From the human T2T-CHM13v2.0 reference genome, Homo sapiens, in NCBI RefSeq assembly GCF_009914755.1, contig NC_060947.1: a stretch of DNA of 64,000 nucleotides; one strand, written 5' to 3'. Below, piece by piece: positions 63,893-64,000 of the stretch. Made by a program: the position numbers and the translations under genes. The notes under the pieces were generated by a model. The model saw nothing but the letters and a program-made list of their open reading frames with translations, was not told the DNA's origin and made no database searches. Positions within the stretch are counted from its first letter, which is position 1. Each line of letters begins with the position of its first letter.

Positions 63893-64000
63893 GACTGCAG
63901 CACAATCTCTAAATTATTGAAAATAAAACCATCTTGGTTTGAGGAAATCCTAGACAACGTCTGGATCTAAAAATAGTTGAAAACATAAACTGTTCTTTTA

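Overview
AT-rich, repeat-dense primate (human/great-ape-like) genomic DNA, intergenic or deep intronic. I see no protein-coding exon, RNA gene, CRISPR array or prokaryotic system. The ORF-track entries I examined come from L1/LTR fragments or microsatellites, or are short ORFs with no recognisable product. Most of the window is transposon-derived: L1 (old L1M/L1PB types through L1PA16, PA7, PA4, PA3 and PA2), Alu, L2, MIR, MaLR LTRs (including a complete MST element), ERVL, ERV1 (MER4A1, MER41, MER57A) and DNA transposons. The most notable observations are: (1) an unexplained, degenerate 31-bp palindrome-cored tandem array at ~30.8-31.65 kb; (2) two independent L1PA7-like insertions 6.1 kb apart that share a tract of non-consensus variants including a frameshift, suggesting ectopic gene conversion; (3) a three-level nested L1 stack; (4) four twin-primed (5'-inverted) L1s; (5) two L1s with no TSD and mismatched flanks, suggesting deletions; (6) several template-switch hairpin footprints. 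Subfamily names come from my recall of consensus sequences, not from a database search, and boundaries are approximate unless a TSD is quoted.
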